From positions 1,608 through 65,607 of the forward strand of contig WFRI01000090.1 of the NCBI GenBank assembly GCA_015486615.1: a stretch of 64,000 nucleotides of DNA, written 5' to 3'. Below are positions 30,199-41,141 of the stretch, piece by piece (positions within the stretch are counted from its first letter, which is position 1; each line of letters opens with the position of its first letter). A program made the position numbers and the translations under genes. The stretch is from Candidatus Omnitrophota bacterium (GTDB taxonomy: Bacteria; Omnitrophota; Gorgyraeia; Duberdicusellales; Duberdicusellaceae). The notes under the pieces were generated by a model. The model made no database searches and was not told where the DNA came from. It saw only the letters and a list, made by a program, of their open reading frames with translations.

Positions 30199-32643
30199 AT
30201 GATTCAAAATAACAATTTACCCCAAAATATTGTCCCGCGGTATTTAGAAGAGGAGATGAAAGCCTCTTATATCACTTACGCTATGAGTGTAATTGTCGGA
30301 AGGGCTTTGCCGGATATTCGTGACGGCTTAAAGCCGGTGCATCGCAGGATTCTCTATGTAATGGACCAGTTGCATTTAAAGCATAACCAGCCGTTTAAAA
30401 AAAGTGCAAGGATTGTTGGTGAGTGCTTAGGTAAATACCATCCTCACGGAGACAGCGCGGTATACGATGCCTTGGTGCGTATGGCGCAGGAATTTTCTTT
30501 AAGGTATCCTTTGATAGACGGTCAGGGAAATTTTGGTTCCATAGACGGTGATTCTCCTGCTGCTATGCGTTATACAGAAGCCCGCTTAGCGTATATTGCC
30601 GAGACAATGCTTGCGGATTTAGACAAAGATACTGTAGATTTTGTCCCTAATTTTGACAATTCTCTAAAGGAGCCAGTTGTTTTGCCGGCAGTCCTGCCCA
30701 ATCTTTTAATTAATGGTGCATCGGGAATTGCCGTGGGGATGGCTACAAACATTCCCCCGCATAATTTAGGCGAGATCTGCGATGCTATTTGTTATGTAGT
30801 TGACAATCCTGAATGCCCGATTAAAGACTTGAAAAAATTCATCAAAGGCCCGGATTTTCCCACTGCCGGGGTTATTTGCGGGAAAAAAGAAATTCTGCGT
30901 TATTTTGAAGAGGGCCGCGGCAGGCTGACTGTGCGGGCTAAGGCTGTAATTGAGCAGGATAAAACCCGCAGTTATATTGTTATTACCCAGCTGCCCTATC
31001 AAGTTAATAAGGCTAATCTTTTGGAAACCATAGCCAATCTTATCAGCAGTAAAAAGATAGAAGGGGTTGCGGATTTAAGAGACGAGTCTGACCGGGATGG
31101 ACTAAGGATAGTTATTGATTTAAAACGCGATTCCCAGCCGAAGGTTATATTAAACCAGTTGTATAAACATACTCAGATGGAAATAACTTTTGGCGTGATA
31201 CTTCTGTCTTTAGTGAACAACAAACCAAGGGTGCTGAATTTAAAGCAAATGCTGCAGTATTACATCCAGCACCGCAAGGAAATTATTGTCCGGCGCACCC
31301 GATTTGAGCTGGAAAAAGCCCGCAGAAGGGCGCATATTTTAGAAGGTTTAAAAATTGCCTTAAAGCATTTGGACGAAGTTATAAACACGATAAAGAAATC
31401 CAAGTCTCCGCAGGACGCCAAGGAAAAGCTGATGAGGAAATTTAATCTTTCCGATGTGCAGGCTCAGGCTATTCTGGAAATGCAGTTGCAGCGCCTGACG
31501 GCTTTGGAGAGAGATAAAATAGACGCCGAATACAAAGAACTTCTTAAAAGGATTGCTTACCTGCAGGCTGTTTTAGAATCGGTAAAAAAGCAGAATGAAT
31601 TAATTAAAGAAGAAGTGAGGAATTTAAAGGAAAAATTTGGGGACGAACGCCGCACAGAAATTGTTTCCGAAAAGGAGGAAATAGAAATTGAAGATTTGGT
31701 TGTGGAGGAAAAAGTGGTAATTACTATTTCCGGCCAGGGCTATATTAAACGCCAGCCTTTGTCTTCTTACAGAAAGCAGGCCAGAGGGGGAAGGGGAATT
31801 ACTGCTATGGCAACCAAAGAGGAAGATTTTGTAGAACATTTGTTTGTTTGTTCCAGCAAAGACACGTTGCTTATTTTTACCAATAAAGGCAAGGTTTTTG
31901 GGGTCAAAGCCTATGAAGTTCCTGCAGGCAGCAGGGTGTCTAAAGGCAGAGCCATTGCTAATTTTCTGCATTTTTCTTCCGGAGAAAGGGTGGCGTCTGT
32001 CTTATCTGTCAAAGAATTTACTCCCGGACAGTTTGTGGTTATGACTACAGCCCGGGGTTTAATTAAACGGGTGGATTTGGACGCTTTTTCCAATATAAGA
32101 AGGACCGGGATTATCGGCATTACCTTAGACAGGGAAGATACTTTAATTGGTGTGGCTGGCGGAGAAAGTGAAAACGACGAGGTGCTTTTAAGCGCATCTT
32201 CAGGGAAATGTATCCGCTTCAAAGTTAAAGATGTGCGGTTGATGGGCAGGCAGGCTATGGGAGTAAAAGGCATCGCTATCGGCAAAAAAGATGCGGTATT
32301 GGGAATGGTTTTGATTAATTCTTATATCAGCCGCCAGGATTTTTCCGTTCTTGCTGTAACTGAAAAAGGGTTTGCTAAAAGGACTAAAATAAAGGAATAC
32401 CGCACTCAGTCCCGGGCAGGCAAAGGCGTTATTGGGATTAAAGTTTCCGGCAAAATAGGCAGTGTGGCGGCAGTAGTTTTGGTTACTGAGAACGACGAGG
32501 TGGTGGTTATTACACAAAAAGGTATTCTTATCCGCTGCAAAGCTAATGCTATTCGGCCTTCGGGCAGGAATACTCAGGGAGTGCGGCTTATTAAATTGGG
32601 CAAAGACGATTTAGTCGCTACTGCGGCTCGGGTTGTTGAATAG
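30199..32643 (+). CDS. gyrA: DNA gyrase subunit A
   Basis: HPHGDS, AAMRYTE, GyrA-box QARGGRG. Confidence 0.98.
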   Translation: MIQNNNLPQNIVPRYLEEEMKASYITYAMSVIVGRALPDIRDGLKPVHRRILYVMDQLHLKHNQPFKKSARIVGECLGKYHPHGDSAVYDALVRMAQEFSLRYPLIDGQGNFGSIDGDSPAAMRYTEARLAYIAETMLADLDKDTVDFVPNFDNSLKEPVVLPAVLPNLLINGASGIAVGMATNIPPHNLGEICDAICYVVDNPECPIKDLKKFIKGPDFPTAGVICGKKEILRYFEEGRGRLTVRAKAVIEQDKTRSYIVITQLPYQVNKANLLETIANLISSKKIEGVADLRDESDRDGLRIVIDLKRDSQPKVILNQLYKHTQMEITFGVILLSLVNNKPRVLNLKQMLQYYIQHRKEIIVRRTRFELEKARRRAHILEGLKIALKHLDEVINTIKKSKSPQDAKEKLMRKFNLSDVQAQAILEMQLQRLTALERDKIDAEYKELLKRIAYLQAVLESVKKQNELIKEEVRNLKEKFGDERRTEIVSEKEEIEIEDLVVEEKVVITISGQGYIKRQPLSSYRKQARGGRGITAMATKEEDFVEHLFVCSSKDTLLIFTNKGKVFGVKAYEVPAGSRVSKGRAIANFLHFSSGERVASVLSVKEFTPGQFVVMTTARGLIKRVDLDAFSNIRRTGIIGITLDREDTLIGVAGGESENDEVLLSASSGKCIRFKVKDVRLMGRQAMGVKGIAIGKKDAVLGMVLINSYISRQDFSVLAVTEKGFAKRTKIKEYRTQSRAGKGVIGIKVSGKIGSVAAVVLVTENDEVVVITQKGILIRCKANAIRPSGRNTQGVRLIKLGKDDLVATAARVVE

Positions 32644-32644
32644 G

Positions 32645-33142
32645 ATGCAGGGTAATCAAGATAGAGAAAATTCCTCTTTTGGCCGGCAGAAAGGTTCCGG
32701 CCGGCCTTTTATCCAGCCGTCAGACCTGCCTGGCAGGTTAAAAGCAATCAGTATAGTAAATATCGTCTTAGGACTTTTGGGAATAGCATCTTCTTTGGGG
32801 GTTTTTATGGACCCCAAAATAAAAAAAGGCTTGCTGAAACAGTTGAGCGGGCATTTTTCCCGGCCACAAGTCCCTGCTGAAAAAATTATTTTAGCCTTGG
32901 CCTGGACAAATTTAATTTTCTTTGGCCTGCTTTTGGTTGTAGCCGCGGGCATATTATTAAAAAGAGAAATTTTTCGCAAAATCGGGGTGTATTACGCTTT
33001 AATCGCAGCCGTGCTTACCGGATTTGGAATTTCCAGTGCGGTTTCGTCTGTGGACAGGGTTTTTAATCTGTTGTTTTTCATCTGGCTGGTATATATGTTT
33101 TTTACTTTTACCCGTTCGGATTTAAACAAAGTGTTTAAGTAG
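32645..33142 (+). CDS. Hypothetical 4-TM membrane protein
   Basis: Four hydrophobic segments; fills the gyrA-glmS gap. Confidence 0.75.
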   Translation: MQGNQDRENSSFGRQKGSGRPFIQPSDLPGRLKAISIVNIVLGLLGIASSLGVFMDPKIKKGLLKQLSGHFSRPQVPAEKIILALAWTNLIFFGLLLVVAAGILLKREIFRKIGVYYALIAAVLTGFGISSAVSSVDRVFNLLFFIWLVYMFFTFTRSDLNKVFK

Positions 33143-33146
33143 AGTT

Positions 33147-34979
33147 ATGTGCGGGATTTTTGGCTATACAGGGAAAAGAAAACCCGCAGGGATTTTACTG
33201 GAAGGCCTGAAAAAGTTAGAATATAGAGGCTATGATTCCTGCGGCATAGCGCTGAATACAGGGCAGAGGCTGGCGGTTTTTAAAACAAAAGGCCCTGTAT
33301 CTAAGTTAGCCGGCATTTTGCGAGACAGGAAAATTCCGGCTTGCTGCTGTGGCATAGCCCATACCCGCTGGGCTACTCATGGCACTCCCACCCGAATAAA
33401 TGCTCATCCTCATCTGGACTGCTGGAAAAAACTTGCCTTGGTGCATAATGGAATTATTGAGAACTTTGCCGGGATTAAAAAGAAGATTGCTTCGGAGCAT
33501 AAAATAAAATCGTCCACGGATACAGAGATAATAGCCCACTTAATAGGAGGTTTTTTAAGAAAAGGCCTCAGCAAAAAACGCGCAATATTAAAAACAGCGG
33601 CTGTGCTAAGGGGCAGTTTTGCTTTAGGTATTTTATTTTCAGATGAGCCCGGGGTTATTTGGGGAGTTAAAAAAGAGTCGCCTTTAATGGCGGGATTGGG
33701 CCGGGGCGAATGCTTTTTGTCGTCGGATTCTGTAGCAATGCTTTCCTGGACCAAAAAAGCGGTTTACTTGAAAGACGAAGAAGTAGCGAGAATAAATCCA
33801 CAGGGCATAGAGGTATTTTCTTTTAGAGGCAAAAAAGTTTTTCCTCAGCCGGTTGTAATTAAACAAGAGGCTTTTTCTACAGAAAAAGGCAGGTTCCAGC
33901 ATTTTATGCTGAAAGAGATATTCGAACAGCCGAAAGTCTCAGCGGGGATTCTTTCCCGATATGCCGGCAGGTCAGAGGTTTGGTTTGGAAAGGGGTTTTT
34001 AAGCAGGCAGGCAGCAAATAAAATCCGGCGGATATTTATTGTTGCCTGCGGGACTGCTTACCATGCGGGGTTTAGCAGCAAGTACCTTTTTGAAAGAATT
34101 AAAGGTTTGTCTGTAGAAGCAGACGTATCTTCGGAATTCAGGTACAGGAAGGTTGATTTTAACAGAAATGATTTGGTTATTGCGATATCCCAGTCTGGGG
34201 AAACCGCTGATACTTTGGCTGCGGTTAATTTTGCCAAACAGCAGGGATGCAGAATTTTGGCAGTATGCAATGTTGAGAATTCTGCTTTGACCCGTGCAGC
34301 GGATTTTGTGGTTTATACGCTTGCAGGTCCTGAGATTGGCGTGGCTTCTACCAAGGCGTTTACTGCCCAGATGTTTTGCCTTTACCTTATATATTTATAC
34401 ATTGCCCGGGCAAGGGGCAGTATTGTTAAAGAGCAGGAAACTGTTTTTTTGGCAAAGGCAAAAAAGATCCCGCTTTTGCAGAATAAGATTTTAACCCAAA
34501 GTTTAAATCAGGTGCGTTCTATTGCCCGCCAATTTTCCCAATATGGGTGTTTTTTATTTCTTGGCAGGGGTATAAATTTCCCGCTGGCTTTGGAGGGGGC
34601 ATTGAAGTTAAAGGAGATTTCCTATATTCCGGCTGAAGGGTATGCTGCAGGGGAGATGAAGCACGGGCCTATTGCTTTAATAGACGAATATAGAGCAGTT
34701 GTCTGCCTTCTATCTTCGGACAGCCTGTTTGAAAAAATGGTTTCTAATATGCAGGAGATAAAAGCGAGAAAAGGCAAGGTTCTGGCTATAACTGACAGGC
34801 CTTCCGCTGTGCCTAAAGGTTTGGCTGACAAAGTTATTGCTTTGCCAAAAATAAGCCCGGAATTTTTTCCTTTGTTGGCGTCTCTGCCTTTGCAGTTGTT
34901 TGCTTATTTTGTGGCAAAAAATTTAGGCAGGGCAATAGACAAACCCCGCAATTTAGCCAAGTCAGTTACAGTAGAGTAA
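33147..34979 (+). CDS. glmS: Glutamine-fructose-6-phosphate aminotransferase
   Basis: MCGIFG, HTRWATHG, SQSGETADT, PRNLAKSVTVE. Confidence 0.98.
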   Translation: MCGIFGYTGKRKPAGILLEGLKKLEYRGYDSCGIALNTGQRLAVFKTKGPVSKLAGILRDRKIPACCCGIAHTRWATHGTPTRINAHPHLDCWKKLALVHNGIIENFAGIKKKIASEHKIKSSTDTEIIAHLIGGFLRKGLSKKRAILKTAAVLRGSFALGILFSDEPGVIWGVKKESPLMAGLGRGECFLSSDSVAMLSWTKKAVYLKDEEVARINPQGIEVFSFRGKKVFPQPVVIKQEAFSTEKGRFQHFMLKEIFEQPKVSAGILSRYAGRSEVWFGKGFLSRQAANKIRRIFIVACGTAYHAGFSSKYLFERIKGLSVEADVSSEFRYRKVDFNRNDLVIAISQSGETADTLAAVNFAKQQGCRILAVCNVENSALTRAADFVVYTLAGPEIGVASTKAFTAQMFCLYLIYLYIARARGSIVKEQETVFLAKAKKIPLLQNKILTQSLNQVRSIARQFSQYGCFLFLGRGINFPLALEGALKLKEISYIPAEGYAAGEMKHGPIALIDEYRAVVCLLSSDSLFEKMVSNMQEIKARKGKVLAITDRPSAVPKGLADKVIALPKISPEFFPLLASLPLQLFAYFVAKNLGRAIDKPRNLAKSVTVE

Positions 34980-35653
34980 TGTTATATATTCTTTCTACGC
35001 CTATCGGCAACTTAAAGGATATTAGTTTGCGGGCAGTAGAAGTTCTGCAAAAGGCAGATTTTATTCTGGCTGAGGATACCCGCAAGGCTAAATTTCTTCT
35101 CAAGAGAATTTCTGCCCGTCCCAGGCAAATAATTAGTTTTTACGAATATAACGAAGAAAGAAAAATCCCCCAAGTAATTGCTTTGCTAAAGCAGGGGCTA
35201 AAAGGGGCTTTGATTTCTTCAGCAGGCACTCCTCTTATTTCTGACCCGGGGTATAAATTAACCCGGCGGTGCATAGAAGAAGACTTGGAGGTTTTTAGCC
35301 TGCCCGGGCCTTCAGCAGTAATCTCCAGTTTGGTAGTTTCGGGCCTGCCCCCGGATAAATTTATGTTTTTGGGTTTTTTACCCCGCAGGCCAGGGAAGAG
35401 AAAGCAGGCATTGTCGCAAGTCAAGAATTTGCCGGCTACTTTGATTATTTTTGAATCTCCTTTACGGGTAAAAAAAACATTGGAAGATGTGCGGGAAATC
35501 TTAGGCCGGCGCCAGGTGGTTATTGTCCGGGAGCAGACCAAAGTTTTTGAAGAGAAAATACGAGGCAGTACAGAAGAAGTCTTGCGCCAAATTCCCGATA
35601 AAGGCCTGAAAGGGGAAGTGACATTGGTAGTTGCCGGCAGGCCGGATTCTTAA
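34979..35653 (+). CDS. rsmI: 16S rRNA C1402 2'-O-methyltransferase
   Basis: TPIGNL.DI, AEDTR, AGTPLISDPG, FESP.R. Confidence 0.95.
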   Translation: MLYILSTPIGNLKDISLRAVEVLQKADFILAEDTRKAKFLLKRISARPRQIISFYEYNEERKIPQVIALLKQGLKGALISSAGTPLISDPGYKLTRRCIEEDLEVFSLPGPSAVISSLVVSGLPPDKFMFLGFLPRRPGKRKQALSQVKNLPATLIIFESPLRVKKTLEDVREILGRRQVVIVREQTKVFEEKIRGSTEEVLRQIPDKGLKGEVTLVVAGRPDS

Positions 35654-35844
35654 ATATTTTATTCGGGATTCCTAAAAGTGAAGGATAGAACAATCTACGG
35701 TATAAGAGGACAGAAGTATTGTAAATACAGCAGTTATCTGAATAAACTGTGAAATTTGTGGATTAACTGTCCTGCGGCCAGTGTCTTTTATAAGGGCATA
35801 CAAATATTGTTGCAAACGGGGAGATTTTTGTTATATTTTTATCT

Positions 35845-37350
35845 ATGGATAAAACATTAATATCCGTTCATCACCGTCCCCAATGGAGGACTCATATTGG
35901 ATTTCTCTTAGCCACTATTGGCTCGGCTGTAGGCTTGGGCAATATTTGGCGGTTTCCTTACCTTTGTTATCAAAACGGCGGCGGGGCTTTTCTTATTCCT
36001 TATTTAATAGCCTTATTGCTTATTGGAATTCCTCTGATGATTTTGGAAATCGGGTTAGGCCATAAAGTCAGAGGGTCTGCGCCTGCGAGTTTTGCCAGTA
36101 TCAACAAGCATTGGGAATGGCTTGGCTGGTGGCAGGTTATTTTTGTGATGTTTGGCATAGTCCTTTATTATTCAGTAATTATATCCTGGTGTCTGAACTA
36201 TTTAGTTTTTTCCTTTAATCTTTCCTGGGGGGCTAACCCCGGGGATTTCTTCTTTAAACAGTTTCTGCATAAAAGCGCCCGGCCTTTTCCTTTAGGCAAT
36301 ATCCGCACCCAGGTTCTTTTTGCATTAGGAGCGGTTTGGTTTTTGAACTGGATTATTGTATTCAGGGGGGTTGAGAAGGGCCTGGAGAAGGCAAACAAGA
36401 TTTTTATGCCGCTGTTGTTTCTGCTTACTTTAATTATCACTATTTGGAGCCTTTTCCTGCCAGGGGCCAAACAAGGCATTCTGGTATATGTCAGGCCGGA
36501 TTTTTTTAAGTTAAAGGATATTACAGTCTGGATTGCGGCTTTTTCTCAAATATTCTTTACTTTAAGTTTGGGTTTTGGAATTATTATTGCTTATGCGTCT
36601 TACCTGCCCCGCAAAAGCGCGATAGTAAAGGACGCAATAGCGGTTAGTTTTGCCAACAGCCTGTTTTCCATAATTGCCGGCTTTGGAGTCTTTGCGGTTT
36701 TAGGGTATATGTCTTATACTACAGGCAGGCCTATTAATCAGGTAGTTGACAAGGCTATTGGTTTGTCCTTTGTAGTATATCCTAAGGCTATAAGCATGCT
36801 GCCGGCGTTATCACAGGTTTTTGGAGTTATATTCTTTGGTATTTTATTTATTGCCGGGCTTTCTTCGTCTATTTCCATTATTGAGGCTTTTACTTCAGGG
36901 ATAGTGGATAAATTTGGATATTCGCGCAGAAGCGTAGTGTCTTATCTGTGCGTGGCAGGATTTTTGGGCAGTTTAATTTTTGCTACAGAAGCGGGGTTGG
37001 TTCTACTGGACATAGTTGACCATTTTTTAACTCAATACGGCCTGGTGATTGGTGCGATTTTGGAATGTATACTTTTAGGCTGGGTTTATAAGCCTAAGAT
37101 GTTACGCGGCCATATTAACAGCGCTTCTCATTTACATCTTCCTCGATGGTGGGATTTTCTGATTAAGGTAGTTGCCCCGGGAGTTTTAATTGTGCTTTTG
37201 TCCCGGGCTTTAATTCAGGAGTTCTCTTCTCCTTACCAAAATTATCCTGCCGTGGCTTTGATTCTTGTTGGCCGGGATTGGCTTGTTTATACCCTGTTTG
37301 CTGCTTTTATTGTTGCTTCCCGGCCCTGGCAGAGAAAATTGTCCATTTAA
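35845..37350 (+). CDS. Sodium-dependent transporter, NSS/SNF family
   Basis: GSAVGLGNIWRFPY..NGGGAFL.PY, QIFFTLS. Confidence 0.95.
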   Translation: MDKTLISVHHRPQWRTHIGFLLATIGSAVGLGNIWRFPYLCYQNGGGAFLIPYLIALLLIGIPLMILEIGLGHKVRGSAPASFASINKHWEWLGWWQVIFVMFGIVLYYSVIISWCLNYLVFSFNLSWGANPGDFFFKQFLHKSARPFPLGNIRTQVLFALGAVWFLNWIIVFRGVEKGLEKANKIFMPLLFLLTLIITIWSLFLPGAKQGILVYVRPDFFKLKDITVWIAAFSQIFFTLSLGFGIIIAYASYLPRKSAIVKDAIAVSFANSLFSIIAGFGVFAVLGYMSYTTGRPINQVVDKAIGLSFVVYPKAISMLPALSQVFGVIFFGILFIAGLSSSISIIEAFTSGIVDKFGYSRRSVVSYLCVAGFLGSLIFATEAGLVLLDIVDHFLTQYGLVIGAILECILLGWVYKPKMLRGHINSASHLHLPRWWDFLIKVVAPGVLIVLLSRALIQEFSSPYQNYPAVALILVGRDWLVYTLFAAFIVASRPWQRKLSI

Positions 37351-37357
37351 CTTCTTG

Positions 37358-38830
37358 ATGAAACCAGCCAGCCGGCAGATTGTTAAATTAATTCGCAGAG
37401 AGTATAGGAAGAATCCGGGTTTTGGCTGCAGGCTTTTGTCTAAAACCGTTCAGGAAAAATACGGACTCTCAATTTCCAAAAGTTCTGTCCAGCGCATTCT
37501 AACAAAGCAGGGAGTTTCTTTATCCGCGGGCAGAAAGGAGAAAATACTTTTGCTTTCCCGCAGGGACAAACAATACGCGGGGTTAATTTTTCTAAAGGCT
37601 GCCTGGGATTTAATCGGAATAGACAATATATGCCGGCAGGCCCGCAGGCGGTTTGGAGTGAATGCCATACGTGCAAAAAAAACAATTCTATACTATTTTT
37701 TAACAGATATTGCCGGGATTAGAGATTTTGACAATCCGGATCTCCAGGATATTCTCAGGGAATTTTTTGCCTTGCCTTCAAAATCAAGATTGCCGGGCAA
37801 GCCCCCGGGTACAGATATAGAAATAGGTATTCCGCATTATGCGATTGAGCCAATGCCGGCTTACAAAATCACTTTTGCCAATGGCTTTTATTTTTACCTG
37901 GATCCTTATTTTAAAAGTTTGTGGGGCAGTTATGACAGTATTCCCTGGCAATATGTTTGTTTTTCCCCGGCAGTGCAAACATACTGGCAGCAGATATTTA
38001 CCCGCGGCAGTTTGCCTGTGCTGAGCCTGCCTTGTTTTGGTAATGTTTCTGCTCTTGTTTTCCGCGTTTTGGAAGGTTTTAGCAAAAGCAGGATTTTAAA
38101 AATAGAAGGTATATCCCGGGACGGCAGAGTTGTAGAAGAAATTAAACCTTTGGGCTTAATTTCAGAGATATCTATAGGTTATCATCCCAGACAGATTCAG
38201 ACAGAGCATAAGAGGAAATTAAGCACTGCAAGCCTGCGGTTTGCCGGCAGGCAGATAAAAGTTGTTTTATTCACAGCAAAAATATCTTTAAACAAATCTT
38301 ATTTAGAACTGCCCCTTGTTGATATTTTTGACAGAGAGGGCAGCCTTTTGTGGAAGGTGATTTTTTCCGGTTCGGCCATATTAAAAGATTTACCTTCAGC
38401 CGTCAAAGAGTATCTATTGCGGCATATAAATCCGCAGTCAGGGTTAAATGCCCACTGGAAGGTTTTAGAAAGAGCCAGTTTTAGCGAAGACTCTATTGGT
38501 TTCGTGCGGCAGTATTTCAAGATTAAACAACAGCGCTTTATGTCTGTTCCCAGCCTGATTAGGTTATTAGAACTTGTCTTGATTAATAAATTCGGCCTGA
38601 CCGGTGCAGACTTAAAAACAATCCTGGTTTTGCCCGGCGATGTATTTAGATTGGGAGGCTTTTACAAAAAAATTGTTTTTCCTGAGAGCAGCAAAGTAAG
38701 GCCGGTTATAGAGATTTTTAACCAAATGCCGATTTTTTACTGTGGCAAAAGAGTGATTTTATCCCTTGGCCGGCAGGCGTTTCAGGAAAACGTTTTCATG
38801 GCCAAAAAGGAAAAGGCACATAAGGCTTGA
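37358..38830 (+). CDS. Hypothetical protein with N-terminal transposase-like HTH
   Basis: NP.FG.R.LS..V.EKYG.SISKSSVQRIL; ATG 37358 follows the transporter stop. Confidence 0.7.
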   Translation: MKPASRQIVKLIRREYRKNPGFGCRLLSKTVQEKYGLSISKSSVQRILTKQGVSLSAGRKEKILLLSRRDKQYAGLIFLKAAWDLIGIDNICRQARRRFGVNAIRAKKTILYYFLTDIAGIRDFDNPDLQDILREFFALPSKSRLPGKPPGTDIEIGIPHYAIEPMPAYKITFANGFYFYLDPYFKSLWGSYDSIPWQYVCFSPAVQTYWQQIFTRGSLPVLSLPCFGNVSALVFRVLEGFSKSRILKIEGISRDGRVVEEIKPLGLISEISIGYHPRQIQTEHKRKLSTASLRFAGRQIKVVLFTAKISLNKSYLELPLVDIFDREGSLLWKVIFSGSAILKDLPSAVKEYLLRHINPQSGLNAHWKVLERASFSEDSIGFVRQYFKIKQQRFMSVPSLIRLLELVLINKFGLTGADLKTILVLPGDVFRLGGFYKKIVFPESSKVRPVIEIFNQMPIFYCGKRVILSLGRQAFQENVFMAKKEKAHKA

Positions 38831-38856
38831 AACTCTGCATACGAATGTGATATAGT
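38827..38856 (+). promoter_or_regulatory. Putative promoter of the pilin-like array
   Basis: TTGAAA-18-TATAGT with extended TG. Confidence 0.5.
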
Positions 38857-38929
38857 TTATATGGATTAATTGTCTAAGGGAGGCAGATAATAATCAACAC
38901 AAACACGGCGTGTTGGGAAAGCTAAGAAT

Positions 38930-39085
38930 ATGTGCAGGAATATTAAAAGCCAGGTGTTTTTAGAGTATGTTGTAATATTTGCCGCTTTTATTTTGGCTGT
39001 GCTGGCGGCAGGCAATTTTTTAGGGAAGGTTCATAAAGGGTTTAATACCGGCTTTAACGAAGCAGTAGAGGAAATCTTATGGTAG
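38930..39085 (+). CDS. Flp-like pilin, 51 aa (not in ORF track)
   Basis: MCRNIKS|QVFLEYVVIFAAFILAVLAAGNFLGKVHKGFNTGFNEAVEEILW. Confidence 0.8.
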   Translation: MCRNIKSQVFLEYVVIFAAFILAVLAAGNFLGKVHKGFNTGFNEAVEEILW

Positions 39086-39432
39086 GGGAAAAAGCCCAAA
39101 GTTTTTTAGAATACGCTTTTTTGTGGGCGATAATTGCTGTTGCTTTGTCAGGAATGTGGATATATATGCGCAACAGTGTTACGGCTAAGGCTGAAGATAT
39201 GCGCCAGGATGTTGATTTGAGTTTTCGCAGTCATGAGGAAACCACGCCTTTTGGGTATGAGCATGCTGACGCCAATGTTGTTAATTGGCAGGAAGTTGTT
39301 AATAACGTGAATAGAAATATACTCAGCCGGTATGAGGGCAGGATTGATTCTCTGCCGCCGGGTATAGATATAGATAGTTTTCATAACATAATGGACAATA
39401 GTATTTCGGTTGATTCCGAAGATAAGAATTAA
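39079..39432 (+). CDS. Pilin-like protein, class III signal
   Basis: EKA|QSFLEY plus TM. Confidence 0.85.
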   Translation: MVGEKAQSFLEYAFLWAIIAVALSGMWIYMRNSVTAKAEDMRQDVDLSFRSHEETTPFGYEHADANVVNWQEVVNNVNRNILSRYEGRIDSLPPGIDIDSFHNIMDNSISVDSEDKN

Positions 39433-39454
39433 GAAGTTAAGAGGCGGACTAATT

Positions 39455-39841
39455 ATGGCAGACAGAAAAGCCCAGAGTTTTTTGGAGTATGTAGCAGTGG
39501 TTATGGTTACTAGCCTTGCTTTGTCGGCAATGAGTCTTTATTTTAACCGGGCAATAAATTCTGTTTCCAGAGAGCAGTTAGAAATGCGCAGCGAGAATTT
39601 AAGGGACAAATCCAATGTAGTCCCTGCTATTTCGCTTCCCCGGCAAGATAATAATACCGGTGATATAGACAGCCTAAAGCAGAGAGTAGATGAGTTGTTT
39701 AGGGTGGTTGACAATAACAGGAAACAGGTTGAGGCGGAATTCGCCCCGGAAAATCTTGTGAATTTACAAACGGACCAGGCAGGCGCTACGGAAAACTTTT
39801 TTAAAACAACCGGCAGCGCCGTTGTTAACAATGAGGACTAA
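39455..39841 (+). CDS. Pilin-like protein, class III signal
   Basis: RKA|QSFLEY plus TM; start at ATG 39455. Confidence 0.85.
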   Translation: MADRKAQSFLEYVAVVMVTSLALSAMSLYFNRAINSVSREQLEMRSENLRDKSNVVPAISLPRQDNNTGDIDSLKQRVDELFRVVDNNRKQVEAEFAPENLVNLQTDQAGATENFFKTTGSAVVNNED

Positions 39842-39856
39842 CGATAGGAGGTGTTT

Positions 39857-40066
39857 ATGTTTTTGCCTAAAAAAGCCCAGAGCACATTGGAATACACTTT
39901 GATTGTAGCAGCTATTGTAGCGGCAGTAATCGCTGCAGCCGGACATATTCAAACCAAGGTTACTAACAGTATAAATTCAGCAGGCGATACTTTGGAAAAT
40001 GCGGCAAATCATATTAGCGATTTGCTTGATGATATCCCACAGTCGGGGTCGGCACAACAGCAGTAG
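39857..40066 (+). CDS. Flp-type pilin, major pilin candidate
   Basis: KKA|QSTLEY, ~69 aa, strong AGGAGG. Confidence 0.87.
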   Translation: MFLPKKAQSTLEYTLIVAAIVAAVIAAAGHIQTKVTNSINSAGDTLENAANHISDLLDDIPQSGSAQQQ

Positions 40067-40106
40067 AATTTAGAGGACGTTGAAATAAAATAAAGGAGGA
40101 GAGAGT

Positions 40107-40448
40107 ATGTTGATAAAAATGAAAAAAGCCCAGTCAACCGCAGAGTATGCTATCCTGTTTTCCGTTGTTTTGGCGGCTTTGGCCGGTATGCAGGTTTATA
40201 TGAAAAGGTCGTTTAACGCCAAGTTAAAAGACTCAGCGGATTTGCTTACTAAAGTGACAGGTTCAGTAGGAGGCGTTCAATTAGGCACGACCAACCAATA
40301 CGAGCCATACTATACTAACCAGCATATTAATACTACCTATACTCAGGATGATACAACTAAGAAATACCAAAACTATGCTGAAAATTATGAGCATACTCAG
40401 CAATATAACGCGAGTTCGTCCTATAGGCAGGAGGGTGTTTCGGAATAA
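40107..40448 (+). CDS. Pilin-like protein, class III signal
   Basis: KKA|QSTAEY, MQVYMKR..AKLKDSAD. Confidence 0.85.
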   Translation: MLIKMKKAQSTAEYAILFSVVLAALAGMQVYMKRSFNAKLKDSADLLTKVTGSVGGVQLGTTNQYEPYYTNQHINTTYTQDDTTKKYQNYAENYEHTQQYNASSSYRQEGVSE

Positions 40449-40482
40449 CCTATTTATGGAGTTGTATTCAAAAGGGGGTTTT

Positions 40483-40797
40483 ATGTTCATAAAAATTAAG
40501 AAGGCACAAAGCACATTAGAGTATGCCGGGCTTATAGCGATTGTGATTGCTTCTGTTATTACTATGCAAAGTTTTGTGCGCAACCATATCCAGGGCAAAA
40601 TTAAGAGCAGTGCAGACAATATCAGCGATACAAGTTTTGACCCCGGAAGAACGGATACGGAGCAGAGCACAAATTTACTGGGCGACAAGACAGAATACAG
40701 TTCAGTTGTAAACGGCGTATCGGAAACAAACGCTGCGGACTATCGCTACAAAGAAGAGACCACAGTTAATACTACTTACGACTCCAGTAAGTTTTAA
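40483..40797 (+). CDS. Pilin-like protein, class III signal
   Basis: KKA|QSTLEY, MQSFVR..QGKIKSSAD; start at ATG 40483. Confidence 0.85.
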   Translation: MFIKIKKAQSTLEYAGLIAIVIASVITMQSFVRNHIQGKIKSSADNISDTSFDPGRTDTEQSTNLLGDKTEYSSVVNGVSETNAADYRYKEETTVNTTYDSSKF

Positions 40798-40832
40798 GAA
40801 AAGCAGTTTCACCAGGCACCGCAGGAGTTAAA

Positions 40833-41120
40833 ATGAAGAATGCTCAGACAAGCATAGAATATGGAGGATTATGGATACTGCTGGCAGGAGTGTTGATTAC
40901 TATGGCCGTTTTTGTGCGCGGTCATATTCAGGCCAGGCAGAAGCAGGAAGGTGAGAAAATCTCCCAATTTTTATATATTCCCGGAAAGACTACAATTAAC
41001 CAGCATACAACAACTATTAGTAATACCAGCAGTCTCTCGGATGATATCCACAGTGAATCTAATTCAAAGGTTGATACAACGAGCTCTTTGGATATGACGA
41101 CGGATGTTAATCCTAAATAG
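40833..41120 (+). CDS. Pilin-like protein, class III signal
   Basis: KNA|QTSIEY; Thr/Ser-rich tail. Confidence 0.85.
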   Translation: MKNAQTSIEYGGLWILLAGVLITMAVFVRGHIQARQKQEGEKISQFLYIPGKTTINQHTTTISNTSSLSDDIHSESNSKVDTTSSLDMTTDVNPK

Positions 41121-41141
41121 AAAATAGAATAGGAGGCTTTG

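Noticed and set aside
33100-33146. glmS ribozyme
   Set aside because: Only 4 nt separate glmS from the upstream gene
38857-38929. c-di-GMP riboswitch ahead of the pilins
   Set aside because: Only two small hairpins; the conserved GEMM features are missing
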